Sequence record: MG655267.1
Strand: one strand, 5' to 3'
DNA length: 64,000 nucleotides
Shown here: one piece after another, positions 28,796-38,333 of the stretch
How the letters are laid out: the number at the start of each line of letters is the position of its first letter
Numbering within the stretch: position 1 is the first letter of the stretch
Translations under genes and position numbers: made by a program
The notes under the pieces: model-generated
What the model was told of the DNA's origin: nothing
What the model saw: the letters and a program-made list of their open reading frames with translations, nothing else
Database searches by the model: none

Positions 28796-31288
28796 ATGCT
28801 GATTAAATTTATTGAGCTATACAATTATCAGCGATTGAAGAACAAAGGCATCAATCGCATCACCATGACCTTCAGTGAAGTGGTGCAAGTTATTCTGGGT
28901 AAGAACGGCAGTGGTAAGTCATCGCTGATTCGCGAGCTCTCACCACTGCCACCTGCGAATGACGAGTATGATAAAGACGGTTACAAACATATCGTCATCG
29001 AACACAAAGGCGCAGAGTATGAGCTGTACTCCCAGCCTGGCTCGCCGTCACGTCATACCTTTAAGCGTAATGGTGAGGACCTGAACGAAAGCATGACCAT
29101 GAATGCGCAGAAGATCTTGGTGAAAGAACACTTTGGGTATACTGCTGAAATCCATGAAGTCTTGCTGGGGATGGTGAATGGGGTTTCCTTTACTTCCATG
29201 ACGCCACAGAAACGCCGTGAGTGGTTCACCTTACTCCACCCAACTGACCTGTCGTATGTCATTGAATTGCATCAGGTGTTAAAGGTGATGTTGCGTGATG
29301 CCAAAGGCGGGATCAAAACCAGTAACCAGCACTTGACGGACCTGTACGGTCAGCGTCAGGAAGGGGTCACGGTTGAAGCACAGCAAAGTCAACTGGATGA
29401 TATCCAACACCGCCGTGATCGCATTGCTCGGTTTATCTCGGATGAGTTAGCCGGGAAGAACTTCAAGCAAGAGCTCGATAACGACATGTACCGGTTGAAA
29501 GATATCGGTGAGCGTTTCCAAGCCAACCCGCCATTACTGTCACGCAACTATCGGTCACGGGAAGAGATCTTAACCGAGCTGGAGAACTGCCGGGCTGAAC
29601 TGGGTAAGCTGGAGTATGCCCACAAGACCCACAGCAACGAACTGGCTGAGCTTTCAAAGAACGAGATCTTTACCAGCGGTGATGCTGAGAAAGACAAAGC
29701 GGAACTGGAAGCCTCTAAGCTTGCCATTGCTGAGCATCTTGAACAAAGCCGGGCGGCCCATGCGGATGCGATGAACCGTTTAGGGGATAACCCTTTATGG
29801 CAAAAAATGTACAGTATGCCGTTTGAGCAGGTACGGGTGGTGTTATCGCAGGTGGAGAACCTGATCGATCACCTGTTGCGTATGGTGCCGATGGATGAGC
29901 GCAAGAACACCTTGATGTTCTATGACCGTGCCCGTCGCAGTCAGTATGATCTGCAGGTGATGATTGAAGGGCTAGAGCAAGAAGACAAGAAGTACAGTCA
30001 TCAGCTCTCCCATTTCAATTCCGCCGATAAGACCGAGTGCCCGTCGTGTCACCATCGCTGGGTGCCGGGGGTATCTGAGCGGCAGATGGAAGAGGTCAAG
30101 CAGAAGCACAATGCGGTGAACGTGGAACTCACCACAGCCCGGGAGCGACTGGGTCGGTGTAATGCCTACCTTGAAGCCAATGAGACCTGGTATCAGGCTG
30201 CCAGTGCGTATATCCGCTATACCGAAACCATGCCAGAGTGTCGGGATGTGTTTGAGTGGATGTTGGCGAATGATGTCCTCTATATGGCTAACCGGGAATT
30301 CGCGGCGATTCTGCCGACCATCAAGCACGGTATCTTAAGTCGTGAAGCGTTGGCGAACGATGAGCAGCGTCTGGTGCAGATTGACAATAAGCTGAAGCTC
30401 TTTACCAACGATGCCATTGAGTGGCACACCCGCCGTTACAACGAGCATGAGACAGCTTTAAGTCAGGTAATCAGTCAGACCCAAGCAATCAATCACACCA
30501 TGGCGGTACTAAAGAAAGATCTGCGTCTGGTCGATGACAGTCTGATGATGGCAGAAGTCGCACGGGTCTCAATGGAAGGGGTGCGGGTCAATACCGGTAA
30601 CCTGGCTAAGCAGGCGATTGCCAACACGGCCAATGACGAATACCGGATGTTGGGGGATCAACACAAATCCATCACTGCAGGGCTCTATAACGCACGCTCA
30701 CTGGAGTCAACCATTCTCAGCACTGAATCCCATGTGCAGTCAATGAAAGCCTCTAAGGACGCGCTGGAGCTCTTGGTGAAGGCGACCTCACCAACCGAAG
30801 GCATTCCGGCTGAACAGCTGTCTGAGTTCATTGAAACCTTTGTCGGTAACATGAACGCGATCATCTCCGATATTTGGGGTGACAATCTGCAGATCAAACC
30901 GTGTAACATGGAAAACGGTGATCTCTCCTTTAAGTTCCCGTTAATCTCAGGTGACTTTGAAGGCGGAGCGAAAGATGTCTCTGACTCCTCAACCGGGGAA
31001 GCACAGATCATCAACTACGTCTTCCGGTTAGTGGTGATGCAGTACCTGGGCTTTGAGCAGTATCCGTTGGTCATGGATGAAGCGGGCGCGAACTTCGATG
31101 AAGCACACCGTCCGGCATTAATGAACTACATCAAACGTGCCTCAGAGTCTGGGGTCTATTCGCAGATCTTTTTGATCTCTCACTATATCGCACAGCACGG
31201 TGTATTAACCCATGCAGAAGTCTGCGCCTTGTCTAACGACGGTGTCGCGCTGCCTGAGACATACAACGACCATGTTGTTATCGAGTAA
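28796..31288 (+). CDS. sbcC: SbcC/Rad50-like SMC ATPase (phiKZ gp165-like)
   Basis: Walker A GKNGSGKSS, coiled coil, zinc hook CPSC, signature SSTGE, Walker B LVMDE, ISH switch. Confidence 0.9.
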   Translation: MLIKFIELYNYQRLKNKGINRITMTFSEVVQVILGKNGSGKSSLIRELSPLPPANDEYDKDGYKHIVIEHKGAEYELYSQPGSPSRHTFKRNGEDLNESMTMNAQKILVKEHFGYTAEIHEVLLGMVNGVSFTSMTPQKRREWFTLLHPTDLSYVIELHQVLKVMLRDAKGGIKTSNQHLTDLYGQRQEGVTVEAQQSQLDDIQHRRDRIARFISDELAGKNFKQELDNDMYRLKDIGERFQANPPLLSRNYRSREEILTELENCRAELGKLEYAHKTHSNELAELSKNEIFTSGDAEKDKAELEASKLAIAEHLEQSRAAHADAMNRLGDNPLWQKMYSMPFEQVRVVLSQVENLIDHLLRMVPMDERKNTLMFYDRARRSQYDLQVMIEGLEQEDKKYSHQLSHFNSADKTECPSCHHRWVPGVSERQMEEVKQKHNAVNVELTTARERLGRCNAYLEANETWYQAASAYIRYTETMPECRDVFEWMLANDVLYMANREFAAILPTIKHGILSREALANDEQRLVQIDNKLKLFTNDAIEWHTRRYNEHETALSQVISQTQAINHTMAVLKKDLRLVDDSLMMAEVARVSMEGVRVNTGNLAKQAIANTANDEYRMLGDQHKSITAGLYNARSLESTILSTESHVQSMKASKDALELLVKATSPTEGIPAEQLSEFIETFVGNMNAIISDIWGDNLQIKPCNMENGDLSFKFPLISGDFEGGAKDVSDSSTGEAQIINYVFRLVVMQYLGFEQYPLVMDEAGANFDEAHRPALMNYIKRASESGVYSQIFLISHYIAQHGVLTHAEVCALSNDGVALPETYNDHVVIE

Positions 31289-31308
31289 CTAGGCTTAAGG
31301 AGTCTATT

Positions 31309-32709
31309 GTGTCGGCTAGTCCTGCTAATCTGTATTACGGTCCTGAGGTTCCGGTCGACGCATTGCCTGGTGCAGTGTTTAACGACGGCACATGTTTGTA
31401 TCGCGGAGGTGAACACGGCTGGTTGTATATGTGTCATCTCCACACAGTTTTAAACACTCTCGATTCGCCTTTGGCGATGTATGCTGCTGAACCGAACAAC
31501 GGCACGATCGCCGAGCTTAATGAACCGTTTGCGGTTTACCATCAAGGTAACTGGTTGGAATTGGACAAAGACGCTACACCAGACTTGAATGCGACCGTGG
31601 TCTTCAAAGATGAACATGTGGGCGCAATCGCCGCCGACAGCAATAGAACCTGTTTGGTGTTTATGGTCGGCGACATCGTAGCACAGGTGGCTTTCAAGGT
31701 AACACTGTACCTTTGCCATAAAGGCGAAGTGGTGGGGCTTGGTGACTACGACTACGTTAGCGCCGATAATCTACCGCAGCTGCAGAGAATGATGTTCGGT
31801 AACCGGGGAGGGGGTATGGTTGAATACATGGAACTAGACATCACATCACGGTTTATCGTGAACAAAGGGCATTTGCCGGAAGTGGGCGACACCTGGATCG
31901 ATAACGAGTTCAACGAATACGTGTACAGCGCGACACGGCTGTGGGATCGTATTGGTAAGCTTGCCTTTGTGTATAAAGGCAGTCTGGCTTCCGGTATCGA
32001 TGCCTTGCGTCACCCCGGCCCGCATAACACCGGCGACACGTACTTGGTTGACAATTTTGCGTATGTCTATAACAAAATCGTGAACCGCTTTGTGGTGTTG
32101 CAAGTTGATCCGGGTAACGATAACACACCGTTTGATCTCTATCCTGATGGTGCACTCGAACCCATTCCAATGCAGGGGATCTATCGCCGCAGTACTGACG
32201 CCTTACCCAGCGAACCCAATGGCTGTGGGTATGTCGTAATTGAGCAGGATGGCAGTCATGTCATCTACAATCAGTACGGATTGCGTATTGACTGCGATGT
32301 GGTGGAGACCACCGAGCGCACCGAGTCCCGCACACCGATGGTGGTGATCGGCGATAACGCGTTGCTGAGGCTTTATTACGAAGCCAACGACATGGACCCT
32401 TGTGAAGGGGATGTCTGGGTAAATGATAAACAGCTCATGACCTTCTTTGCTGGCGAATGGACGTTATTGCCCGTGGGCCGCCTCTACACTGAACGACACC
32501 AACCGCTGCGTGATAAAGTTCAGGCATTGCGTGAACTGATTGACAGTGGTCGGTTCAAAAGTGTGATCGATAAAGCCCGAGAGCAGGAGTTTGAACGCGA
32601 GCTGGCCGAATACGACGCTGTCCTCAAACAACCCCAGCTAGAACAAGAACCCAAAGACACCTCTTTCTTTGCACCGATCAAAGCCTTCTTTAAGCGTTTG
32701 ATACAGTAA
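31309..32709 (+). CDS. Hypothetical protein with repeated GD(T/V)(W/Y) modules
   Basis: GTG with AAGGAG; repeats GDTWIDNEFNEYVY, GDTYLVDNFAYVY, GDVWVNDKQLMTF. Confidence 0.7.
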   Translation: MSASPANLYYGPEVPVDALPGAVFNDGTCLYRGGEHGWLYMCHLHTVLNTLDSPLAMYAAEPNNGTIAELNEPFAVYHQGNWLELDKDATPDLNATVVFKDEHVGAIAADSNRTCLVFMVGDIVAQVAFKVTLYLCHKGEVVGLGDYDYVSADNLPQLQRMMFGNRGGGMVEYMELDITSRFIVNKGHLPEVGDTWIDNEFNEYVYSATRLWDRIGKLAFVYKGSLASGIDALRHPGPHNTGDTYLVDNFAYVYNKIVNRFVVLQVDPGNDNTPFDLYPDGALEPIPMQGIYRRSTDALPSEPNGCGYVVIEQDGSHVIYNQYGLRIDCDVVETTERTESRTPMVVIGDNALLRLYYEANDMDPCEGDVWVNDKQLMTFFAGEWTLLPVGRLYTERHQPLRDKVQALRELIDSGRFKSVIDKAREQEFERELAEYDAVLKQPQLEQEPKDTSFFAPIKAFFKRLIQ

Positions 32710-32729
32710 AGATCGTAGATCATTTTATT

Positions 32730-32739
32730 CCTACATTAC
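32730..32739 (+). promoter_or_regulatory. Candidate phage early promoter CCTACATTAC
   Basis: Intergenic, AT-rich upstream, resembles phiKZ early core TATATTAC; recurs at 40026, 53590, 57991. Confidence 0.5.
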
Positions 32740-32766
32740 CAGATTGGTATAGTCATCGAGGTCATC

Positions 32767-33111
32767 ATGTTAGTGATACTACCCCTCGGTAATTTGGCCG
32801 CACGGATTGATCGTGCGCTCCAGGTTACTGATTACGTGTTCTCTGCTGAAGAGATTGCCGAAGCTGCGGTTCATTACATCAACGGAGATGTGGACTGTGC
32901 GCTGGATCAGCTCTTTCGCAAGATCAACGCTTTAGATGAGACCTTTGTTGACTTGCCGTATAACACCCCTTCTGACCAAGTACTGAAAAAAGTGATTGGT
33001 CAGGTAGGGCGTGAAATCAATACCAATCTATTTAACCTCTATCACGACGTCTGTATCCCGCACTTTGTAAGCGCAGGAGAACATCAAGTCGTGTTAACTG
33101 TCGATATGTAG
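32767..33111 (+). CDS. Hypothetical protein
   Basis: 114 aa, GAGG RBS, first of four tightly packed small ORFs. Confidence 0.7.
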   Translation: MLVILPLGNLAARIDRALQVTDYVFSAEEIAEAAVHYINGDVDCALDQLFRKINALDETFVDLPYNTPSDQVLKKVIGQVGREINTNLFNLYHDVCIPHFVSAGEHQVVLTVDM

Positions 33112-33120
33112 GAGTTACTC

Positions 33121-33609
33121 ATGAGCAGTATTCATCGCGTCTTTTCCACGGACTTACAAACTATCAAAGACACTCCGACACCGGAGCTCGAAGATAGTGT
33201 TACTGTCGCCCGGAGGATTGCCATGCAGCAACAGCATCAAACGAGTTTCCTGATACTTTTCAAAGAGCGTGCACGTCAATGCACCGATGGCTTTGATAAG
33301 TGGCGGATGGATAAAACCAACAACCCTCTGTTTGAACAGACGGCACGTCAGCGCTTAGCAGGCATCGCCATCAACATCTACCAGGAAGTCACCGGTGAGG
33401 TGGTCAGCAGTGACACCAGGCACCAGTTGATTAAATGGGCCGAAGACAACAAAGTGATCATCATCAACCATGTGGTCGGCATGCAGCTGTGGCACCGCAT
33501 GGTAAACAACACCCCGGCTGAAACCCAGCTGCAGGTGTTCAGTGGTGGTCGGCAAGCCCTGATGTTCTCTTTCAAAATCCCCGGGGCGAAGCATCCTTAT
33601 CTTATATAA
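33121..33609 (+). CDS. Hypothetical protein
   Basis: 162 aa, AGGAG RBS. Confidence 0.7.
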   Translation: MSSIHRVFSTDLQTIKDTPTPELEDSVTVARRIAMQQQHQTSFLILFKERARQCTDGFDKWRMDKTNNPLFEQTARQRLAGIAINIYQEVTGEVVSSDTRHQLIKWAEDNKVIIINHVVGMQLWHRMVNNTPAETQLQVFSGGRQALMFSFKIPGAKHPYLI

Positions 33610-33615
33610 GGTGTC

Positions 33616-33948
33616 GTGATGAAGCTGCAATATCATGCTATCATCCCTATCCCCTCTATGCCGGTTATTTGTCAACAGTACGGTATTTCGCGTGAAGGGC
33701 TCGTGCGAATGGTATTGGAATACCTGGAGGGGAATGAGTATCAGATGATGAGACGCATCCAAGAACTGCCTGCTGTGACTGACCCTGACATGACTGAAGC
33801 GGTCGTAGCCGCCGTTTCACGTGCCATGTTGGAGTTCCTGGATTCGTTACCTGAGGTTAGTACAGGCCAACATATTCGGGATATCTATTTGATAGCAGCC
33901 CATTCATTAACCGCCCATGTCGGATTCGCTGTGTGCGATGACGAGTAG
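33616..33948 (+). CDS. Hypothetical protein
   Basis: 110 aa, AAGGTG RBS. Confidence 0.65.
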   Translation: MMKLQYHAIIPIPSMPVICQQYGISREGLVRMVLEYLEGNEYQMMRRIQELPAVTDPDMTEAVVAAVSRAMLEFLDSLPEVSTGQHIRDIYLIAAHSLTAHVGFAVCDDE

Positions 33949-33954
33949 ATTCCC

Positions 33955-34365
33955 ATGACCCTTTATAAAGAACATGTGGTGTTGTGTATTGTCCAATCTG
34001 ATGCAGCCACCGAAGCCTGGGCCGAGCTATCGCAGCTAGTTTTCGATAACCCGACTTTGATGTTTGATCAGGAAGACTTTACCCGCCTCCTTAATTTAGC
34101 GTTGGCCGATGACCGGGATGAGATGATCAAATACATCCGCACCGCACTCACGATCGACCTAAATATTGAGCTCATTAATTGGCTCACAGACAGCATGCTT
34201 GACATCGCCTATGCTCTTCGCAAATCGTTACCGGTGTTAACACCCACACAACCCGGAGTTGTGGCCAAGTGTGAGTACCTGTCCCATTGCAGGCGCAACG
34301 TCGTACTAAAAGCTACCATCCTCGAACCTTTACCTAAGGAGCATTTGACAGTTATTCACTTCTGA
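33955..34365 (+). CDS. Hypothetical protein
   Basis: 136 aa, tightly packed. Confidence 0.65.
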   Translation: MTLYKEHVVLCIVQSDAATEAWAELSQLVFDNPTLMFDQEDFTRLLNLALADDRDEMIKYIRTALTIDLNIELINWLTDSMLDIAYALRKSLPVLTPTQPGVVAKCEYLSHCRRNVVLKATILEPLPKEHLTVIHF

Positions 34366-34439
34366 CTTTGGGAGAAGTGACCAAGGCCGTGGGGGTATAA
34401 GCCTCCACTTAAAGAACCACGACTTCGGTAAAAACCAAA

Positions 34440-35207
34440 ATGAAAACGATCAACGCGATCCTTCACACCCTCGTGCTGTTTGCACTTGTCTTCGTTGCAC
34501 AATCCTCACTGGTCCACGCCTCGACATCAACTGGAAAAGCTGCCGTCCAGTTTAATCAAGCAGGGTGGGATAAATACAAATCCACATTAACCCGAGCCTC
34601 GTTAGCATCCGGTGTACCGGTCACTGAGCTCGTGATCTTTACCTCTATTGAGTCTGACTTCGAAGCCAAGGCCCGCAACACAGCCGGGAGCAATGCAGGC
34701 GGACTGACCCAATTCATTCCAAGTACTTGGCGATCGATGGTGCGAACCCACCACAAAAAGTACGGGTTAAGTAAAAACGTGTCTCGTTTTAATGCCTATG
34801 CCAACGCGGCTATGACCGCAGAGTATATTAAGCAGAACAGGAGCCTTCTACAACAGGCACTAAAACGGGAGATCACCACTACCGATGTCTATATGGCTCA
34901 CTTCCTTGGTCCGGGTACTGCAATTCAAGTCCTGAAGGCCAAAGGTAACCGCTCGATCACATCTGTTGTAAAGGCGACAAAAGGAAATGCCCGCTTGTTT
35001 TACAACAAAGGTCGACCATTAACGGTTGCGCAGTTTAAAGCCAATATGGCCCGCAAAGTGGCTAACCACCGCCAGGTCTATAAACCCGTTGCCGTAAAGT
35101 ACGCTGTACGCTACGAGGAAAACCAACGTCTCGATGCGCTTATCGCCAAAGTCAATGATAAGCCAGTACGCGTCGGGTTTAGCACCGCATACGTCAGGGA
35201 AATGTAA
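34440..35207 (+). CDS. Lytic transglycosylase (SLT) endolysin with N-terminal signal peptide
   Basis: IFTSIESDF (catalytic Glu), AGGLTQFIPSTW, YMAHFLGPG as in the phiKZ gp144 catalytic domain; hydrophobic leader ending LVHA. Confidence 0.85.
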   Translation: MKTINAILHTLVLFALVFVAQSSLVHASTSTGKAAVQFNQAGWDKYKSTLTRASLASGVPVTELVIFTSIESDFEAKARNTAGSNAGGLTQFIPSTWRSMVRTHHKKYGLSKNVSRFNAYANAAMTAEYIKQNRSLLQQALKREITTTDVYMAHFLGPGTAIQVLKAKGNRSITSVVKATKGNARLFYNKGRPLTVAQFKANMARKVANHRQVYKPVAVKYAVRYEENQRLDALIAKVNDKPVRVGFSTAYVREM

Positions 35208-35238
35208 AAGTTAACATACCTGCACGATAATATACATT

Positions 35239-35270
35239 GGGAGGGGCGCAGGTCTCTCCCTTTTATGCCG
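35239..35270 (+). terminator. Hairpin + TTTTATGCCG
   Basis: GGGAGGGGC-GCAG-GTCTCTCCC-TTTTATGCCG. Confidence 0.7.
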
Positions 35271-35302
35271 TTTGAATTTATTAACCCCCAAGGAGGTTGT
35301 GT

Positions 35303-35716
35303 ATGCCTGCATTATTGCGTGCCGCCAATACCAGTTGTAACACCATTGGTCATGAGTATCACTCCCCGTTAAACGAACAGGTCATCATGATCAGCGATAA
35401 CCAAATGAAAATGTTAATAGCCCTGCCTGCGAGCAAACTGAATCTATTAACACGTAATCCGGTCTACGCTGACAATGGCATTGAATCTGTGTTCGTCCAT
35501 CCCTTGTTTATTGAGATAGCTGGCCTGATCCAGTTAAGTGCCTATGCCAAAGACCCCGCATGGCAGCAGCATGACCTCAGTAGCATGATGGTCTACCTCG
35601 GGATGGTCGGGCGTAACAATGTTCGTCTGGTTGAAGTAAATGCCCACCTGGCCAGTTGCGGTATGCTCACGTTGCGCCGTAGTGCCCTTGAGTTTGCCAA
35701 ACCCGTTATGTCTTAA
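35303..35716 (+). CDS. Hypothetical protein
   Basis: ATG 35303 after AGGAGG. Confidence 0.6.
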   Translation: MPALLRAANTSCNTIGHEYHSPLNEQVIMISDNQMKMLIALPASKLNLLTRNPVYADNGIESVFVHPLFIEIAGLIQLSAYAKDPAWQQHDLSSMMVYLGMVGRNNVRLVEVNAHLASCGMLTLRRSALEFAKPVMS

Positions 35717-35761
35717 TGGACAAACACTTACTATTATCTGTTAATTAATCTGGAGTGCCTT

Positions 35762-36208
35762 ATGATTCAACCTATTAACGTTCCCGGGATGGTGATCAAC
35801 CCCGAAGTCTCCCGTGAAGTGATCTTAATGACCAGTGAACAGCTGGACCGTTTCTCGATTGCTGCCTTCGACATGCTGGCGTTGGGTAATACCGTATTCA
35901 GTGGTGAGTTCGGCAGTTATGTCACACCATCGCGTGACGAGTTCATGCAGGCTTACCTGCGTCCATTGCAAGCCCCTGACTCGGTAAGGCGCTACAATGA
36001 GATCGATCAAACCCAAGTCGCCTGTCTGGTCGATTCAATTACCCGTAACGAAAAAGGTGATCTGATTGGGCGGGTGATCCCACATGGTCCGAATGGCCCG
36101 AAACTTGAGAAGCTGTTTAAAGAAAAGAAACAGAAGTTCAAAGTCTTTCCACGACTCAAGTGGGAAAATGGCTGGAAGTTCGTGGCGTTTGATGTGGGGT
36201 ATAAGTAA
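35762..36208 (+). CDS. Prohead-protease-fold (S80/gp21-like) protein, catalytic residues apparently absent
   Basis: GEFG, EIDQTQVACLV, GRVIPHGPNGPKLEKLF, FPRL, FVAFD follow the prohead-protease motif order. Confidence 0.5.
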   Translation: MIQPINVPGMVINPEVSREVILMTSEQLDRFSIAAFDMLALGNTVFSGEFGSYVTPSRDEFMQAYLRPLQAPDSVRRYNEIDQTQVACLVDSITRNEKGDLIGRVIPHGPNGPKLEKLFKEKKQKFKVFPRLKWENGWKFVAFDVGYK

Positions 36209-36529
36209 ATGGTACGCGCCGATACAACCATCGCAACAAAAGGAAAGGTTGTGCGCTTGAGTGTCACCGGCTACGGGGTGATGAGCATGGATGGGGTTAT
36301 GGTGGATGACCCTAAGCAGCGCGTGAACATGCGCACTGCGCACCCCAGCCAAAGTTGTTACCCACTACCGGGTGAAAAGAAATGGTACGAAGTTAAACGG
36401 GTAGAACAGACAGCCAATGGTTGGTGTTATCCGGTGGTCGGGTTATTTAAGTATCCCGGTGACGCCACAAACTTTATTCAATCTCTTATTCAGAAATACA
36501 AACTCGATCAGGAAAAACCTCATGAGTGA
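36209..36529 (+). CDS. Hypothetical protein
   Basis: 106 aa, abuts previous stop. Confidence 0.6.
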   Translation: MVRADTTIATKGKVVRLSVTGYGVMSMDGVMVDDPKQRVNMRTAHPSQSCYPLPGEKKWYEVKRVEQTANGWCYPVVGLFKYPGDATNFIQSLIQKYKLDQEKPHE

Positions 36530-37001
36530 AATTACCGTAAAAGTTGTTGGTCCAATTCAAGCGGGTAAAACTGCAATCGCCTCTTTATTGGACAATGCCC
36601 TGCGTGCGAATGGCATCACAGCAAAGATCCAGTCTGACTCGGCGTTGTCTTATCTGCGTGAGGCTAAGAACCACGTCCCAACCAATGTCAGCGTCACGAT
36701 CATTGACGGCACCACTGACGGTGTACGTGAATTTGGTAACAGTGATGATGTCATTCCAATCCGCGGTCGCATCATGGGTATCGAAGTCCAACCGGTCAAA
36801 TACACCCCCGCTGAAGCGACAGTGGTTGCACTGGCCGATGCTAACGCCTTTGCCGTGTATCGCCGTGAATGGCTGAATAATGCTTCGCTGGCGGTCTGGG
36901 TGGGTGACTTCCATGTTGAGAGCGATGCCATTGACTGCGCCAACACCCTGGCTGAGAAATACGGCACCGCCGCTGACTTCCTTTATAAGGCAGGTTTGTA
37001 A
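36522..37001 (+). CDS. Small protein with N-terminal Walker A-like motif
   Basis: ATG 36522 after AGGA; VKVVGPIQAGKT (G-x4-GKT). Confidence 0.6.
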   Translation: MSEITVKVVGPIQAGKTAIASLLDNALRANGITAKIQSDSALSYLREAKNHVPTNVSVTIIDGTTDGVREFGNSDDVIPIRGRIMGIEVQPVKYTPAEATVVALADANAFAVYRREWLNNASLAVWVGDFHVESDAIDCANTLAEKYGTAADFLYKAGL

Positions 37002-37003
37002 CC

Positions 37004-37273
37004 ATGCATCAGTTTACTCCTGAGATGAAAGAAACGTTAAACGAACTCGAGCGTGAGTTAGCCCACATTCGTTTAACGCAACCGAACCGGATTAACACAC
37101 TGATCAAAACCAAGTGTTTTAGCCTGGCCCGGAAAACAAAGTCACCGCACGTCAAACGGGTTCTGCAGTCAATTACCGCTACCCCGTTGTCGGTTGTAAA
37201 GTTAGAAGAAGTTCTGAAGCTTTACCATGAAGTGGATAGTGGTGAAGTGGAACTCTCTATCCAGCAGGTTTGA
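37004..37273 (+). CDS. Hypothetical protein
   Basis: 89 aa, tightly packed. Confidence 0.6.
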   Translation: MHQFTPEMKETLNELERELAHIRLTQPNRINTLIKTKCFSLARKTKSPHVKRVLQSITATPLSVVKLEEVLKLYHEVDSGEVELSIQQV

Positions 37274-37746
37274 GGGGGGTAGAATGGCGTTGGCTTTCGA
37301 TTCTTAACGAGTCGGACTTCAACGCAATGACCTTCCTCGCGGTGAAACAATACCACGCTCAGTCTATCTACTGGAAACGACTGGGTGTGGATTGGAACAC
37401 CCCTAAGCCTGAGACTGTCCACAAGTTTATGGCGACCTATGTGAAAAATGCCCCGATCAAACTGATGATCCGTAACGCGGATGCGGTGATGATTGGGTTT
37501 GCACTACTCAGTACCGAACGCACGGATAAAGGACTTGTCTGTCACATCGACGAGGTGTTTATCGACGAACCCTATCGTAATAAGGGCATTGGTAAGAAAA
37601 CGCTTATTAGGATTAAACGGCACGCCGAAAAACAGAAGATCGCTGCATTGACCTTGAACGTCAGTGCCGCCAATCCCGTTCGCGCACTTTATGAACGTAT
37701 GGGGTTTGAACCAGTGCAGGTGAAATACCAGATGCGGCTGGGTTGA
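37270..37746 (+). CDS. GNAT family acetyltransferase
   Basis: Motif A HIDEVFIDEPYRNKGIGKKTL, motif B NPVRALYERMGF; start codon uncertain. Confidence 0.85.
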   Translation: MRGVEWRWLSILNESDFNAMTFLAVKQYHAQSIYWKRLGVDWNTPKPETVHKFMATYVKNAPIKLMIRNADAVMIGFALLSTERTDKGLVCHIDEVFIDEPYRNKGIGKKTLIRIKRHAEKQKIAALTLNVSAANPVRALYERMGFEPVQVKYQMRLG

Positions 37747-37764
37747 CCTAGTGAGGAGTTTGTC

Positions 37765-38319
37765 GTGTCTATCTATCGCATTGAAATCCACCCGAACGCC
37801 ACCAGTGGTCTTACGGTACTTGTCAGCACGGCTGAAGGTATACGGCGGCTGGCATTAGTGGAAGGGTGTTCGGAACAGGGAGCGTTTGTAGTTATACGGG
37901 ATAAGGTTATACGGTTCTATCATTGGGATGTACGACGGGAAGAAGACCGGGCGTTGTTCAATGCAGACGGTCTGGCACGGAACACACTGGTTGGGATCGA
38001 AGCCTTGTTGTGCAAGAACAAAGATTGGGGGTTTGGTGGGACACGTTTCCTGGCCTTTATGACAGGTGGCTTAAAACACCGCTGGAACGAGTACAGCAAC
38101 ACGCGGGGGTTTATCCGAGCAGAACATCATCATTTGGTGCACACTCGCGTAGATCGCCGTGAGGAGCGTGTATTCGTGACATTAGGGGACTGGGCGCAAC
38201 ACGCACCGTGGAACTTACGCCTGGACCGTAAAACCCCCTATTCAACGAAATTCAGAGAGGTGGTTGAACGCCTCGTCCGTCAGGAGTTCGATTTACCGGC
38301 GGTCTTTGACATTAATTAA
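37765..38319 (+). CDS. Hypothetical protein
   Basis: GTG after GAGGAG, 184 aa. Confidence 0.7.
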   Translation: MSIYRIEIHPNATSGLTVLVSTAEGIRRLALVEGCSEQGAFVVIRDKVIRFYHWDVRREEDRALFNADGLARNTLVGIEALLCKNKDWGFGGTRFLAFMTGGLKHRWNEYSNTRGFIRAEHHHLVHTRVDRREERVFVTLGDWAQHAPWNLRLDRKTPYSTKFREVVERLVRQEFDLPAVFDIN

Positions 38320-38333
38320 CCTAAGGTGCTTTC

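Noticed and set aside
1001-31288. Introns, inteins or homing endonucleases in core genes
   Set aside because: RNAP, portal and SbcC ORFs are continuous; no LAGLIDADG, HNH, GIY-YIG or intein terminal motifs seen
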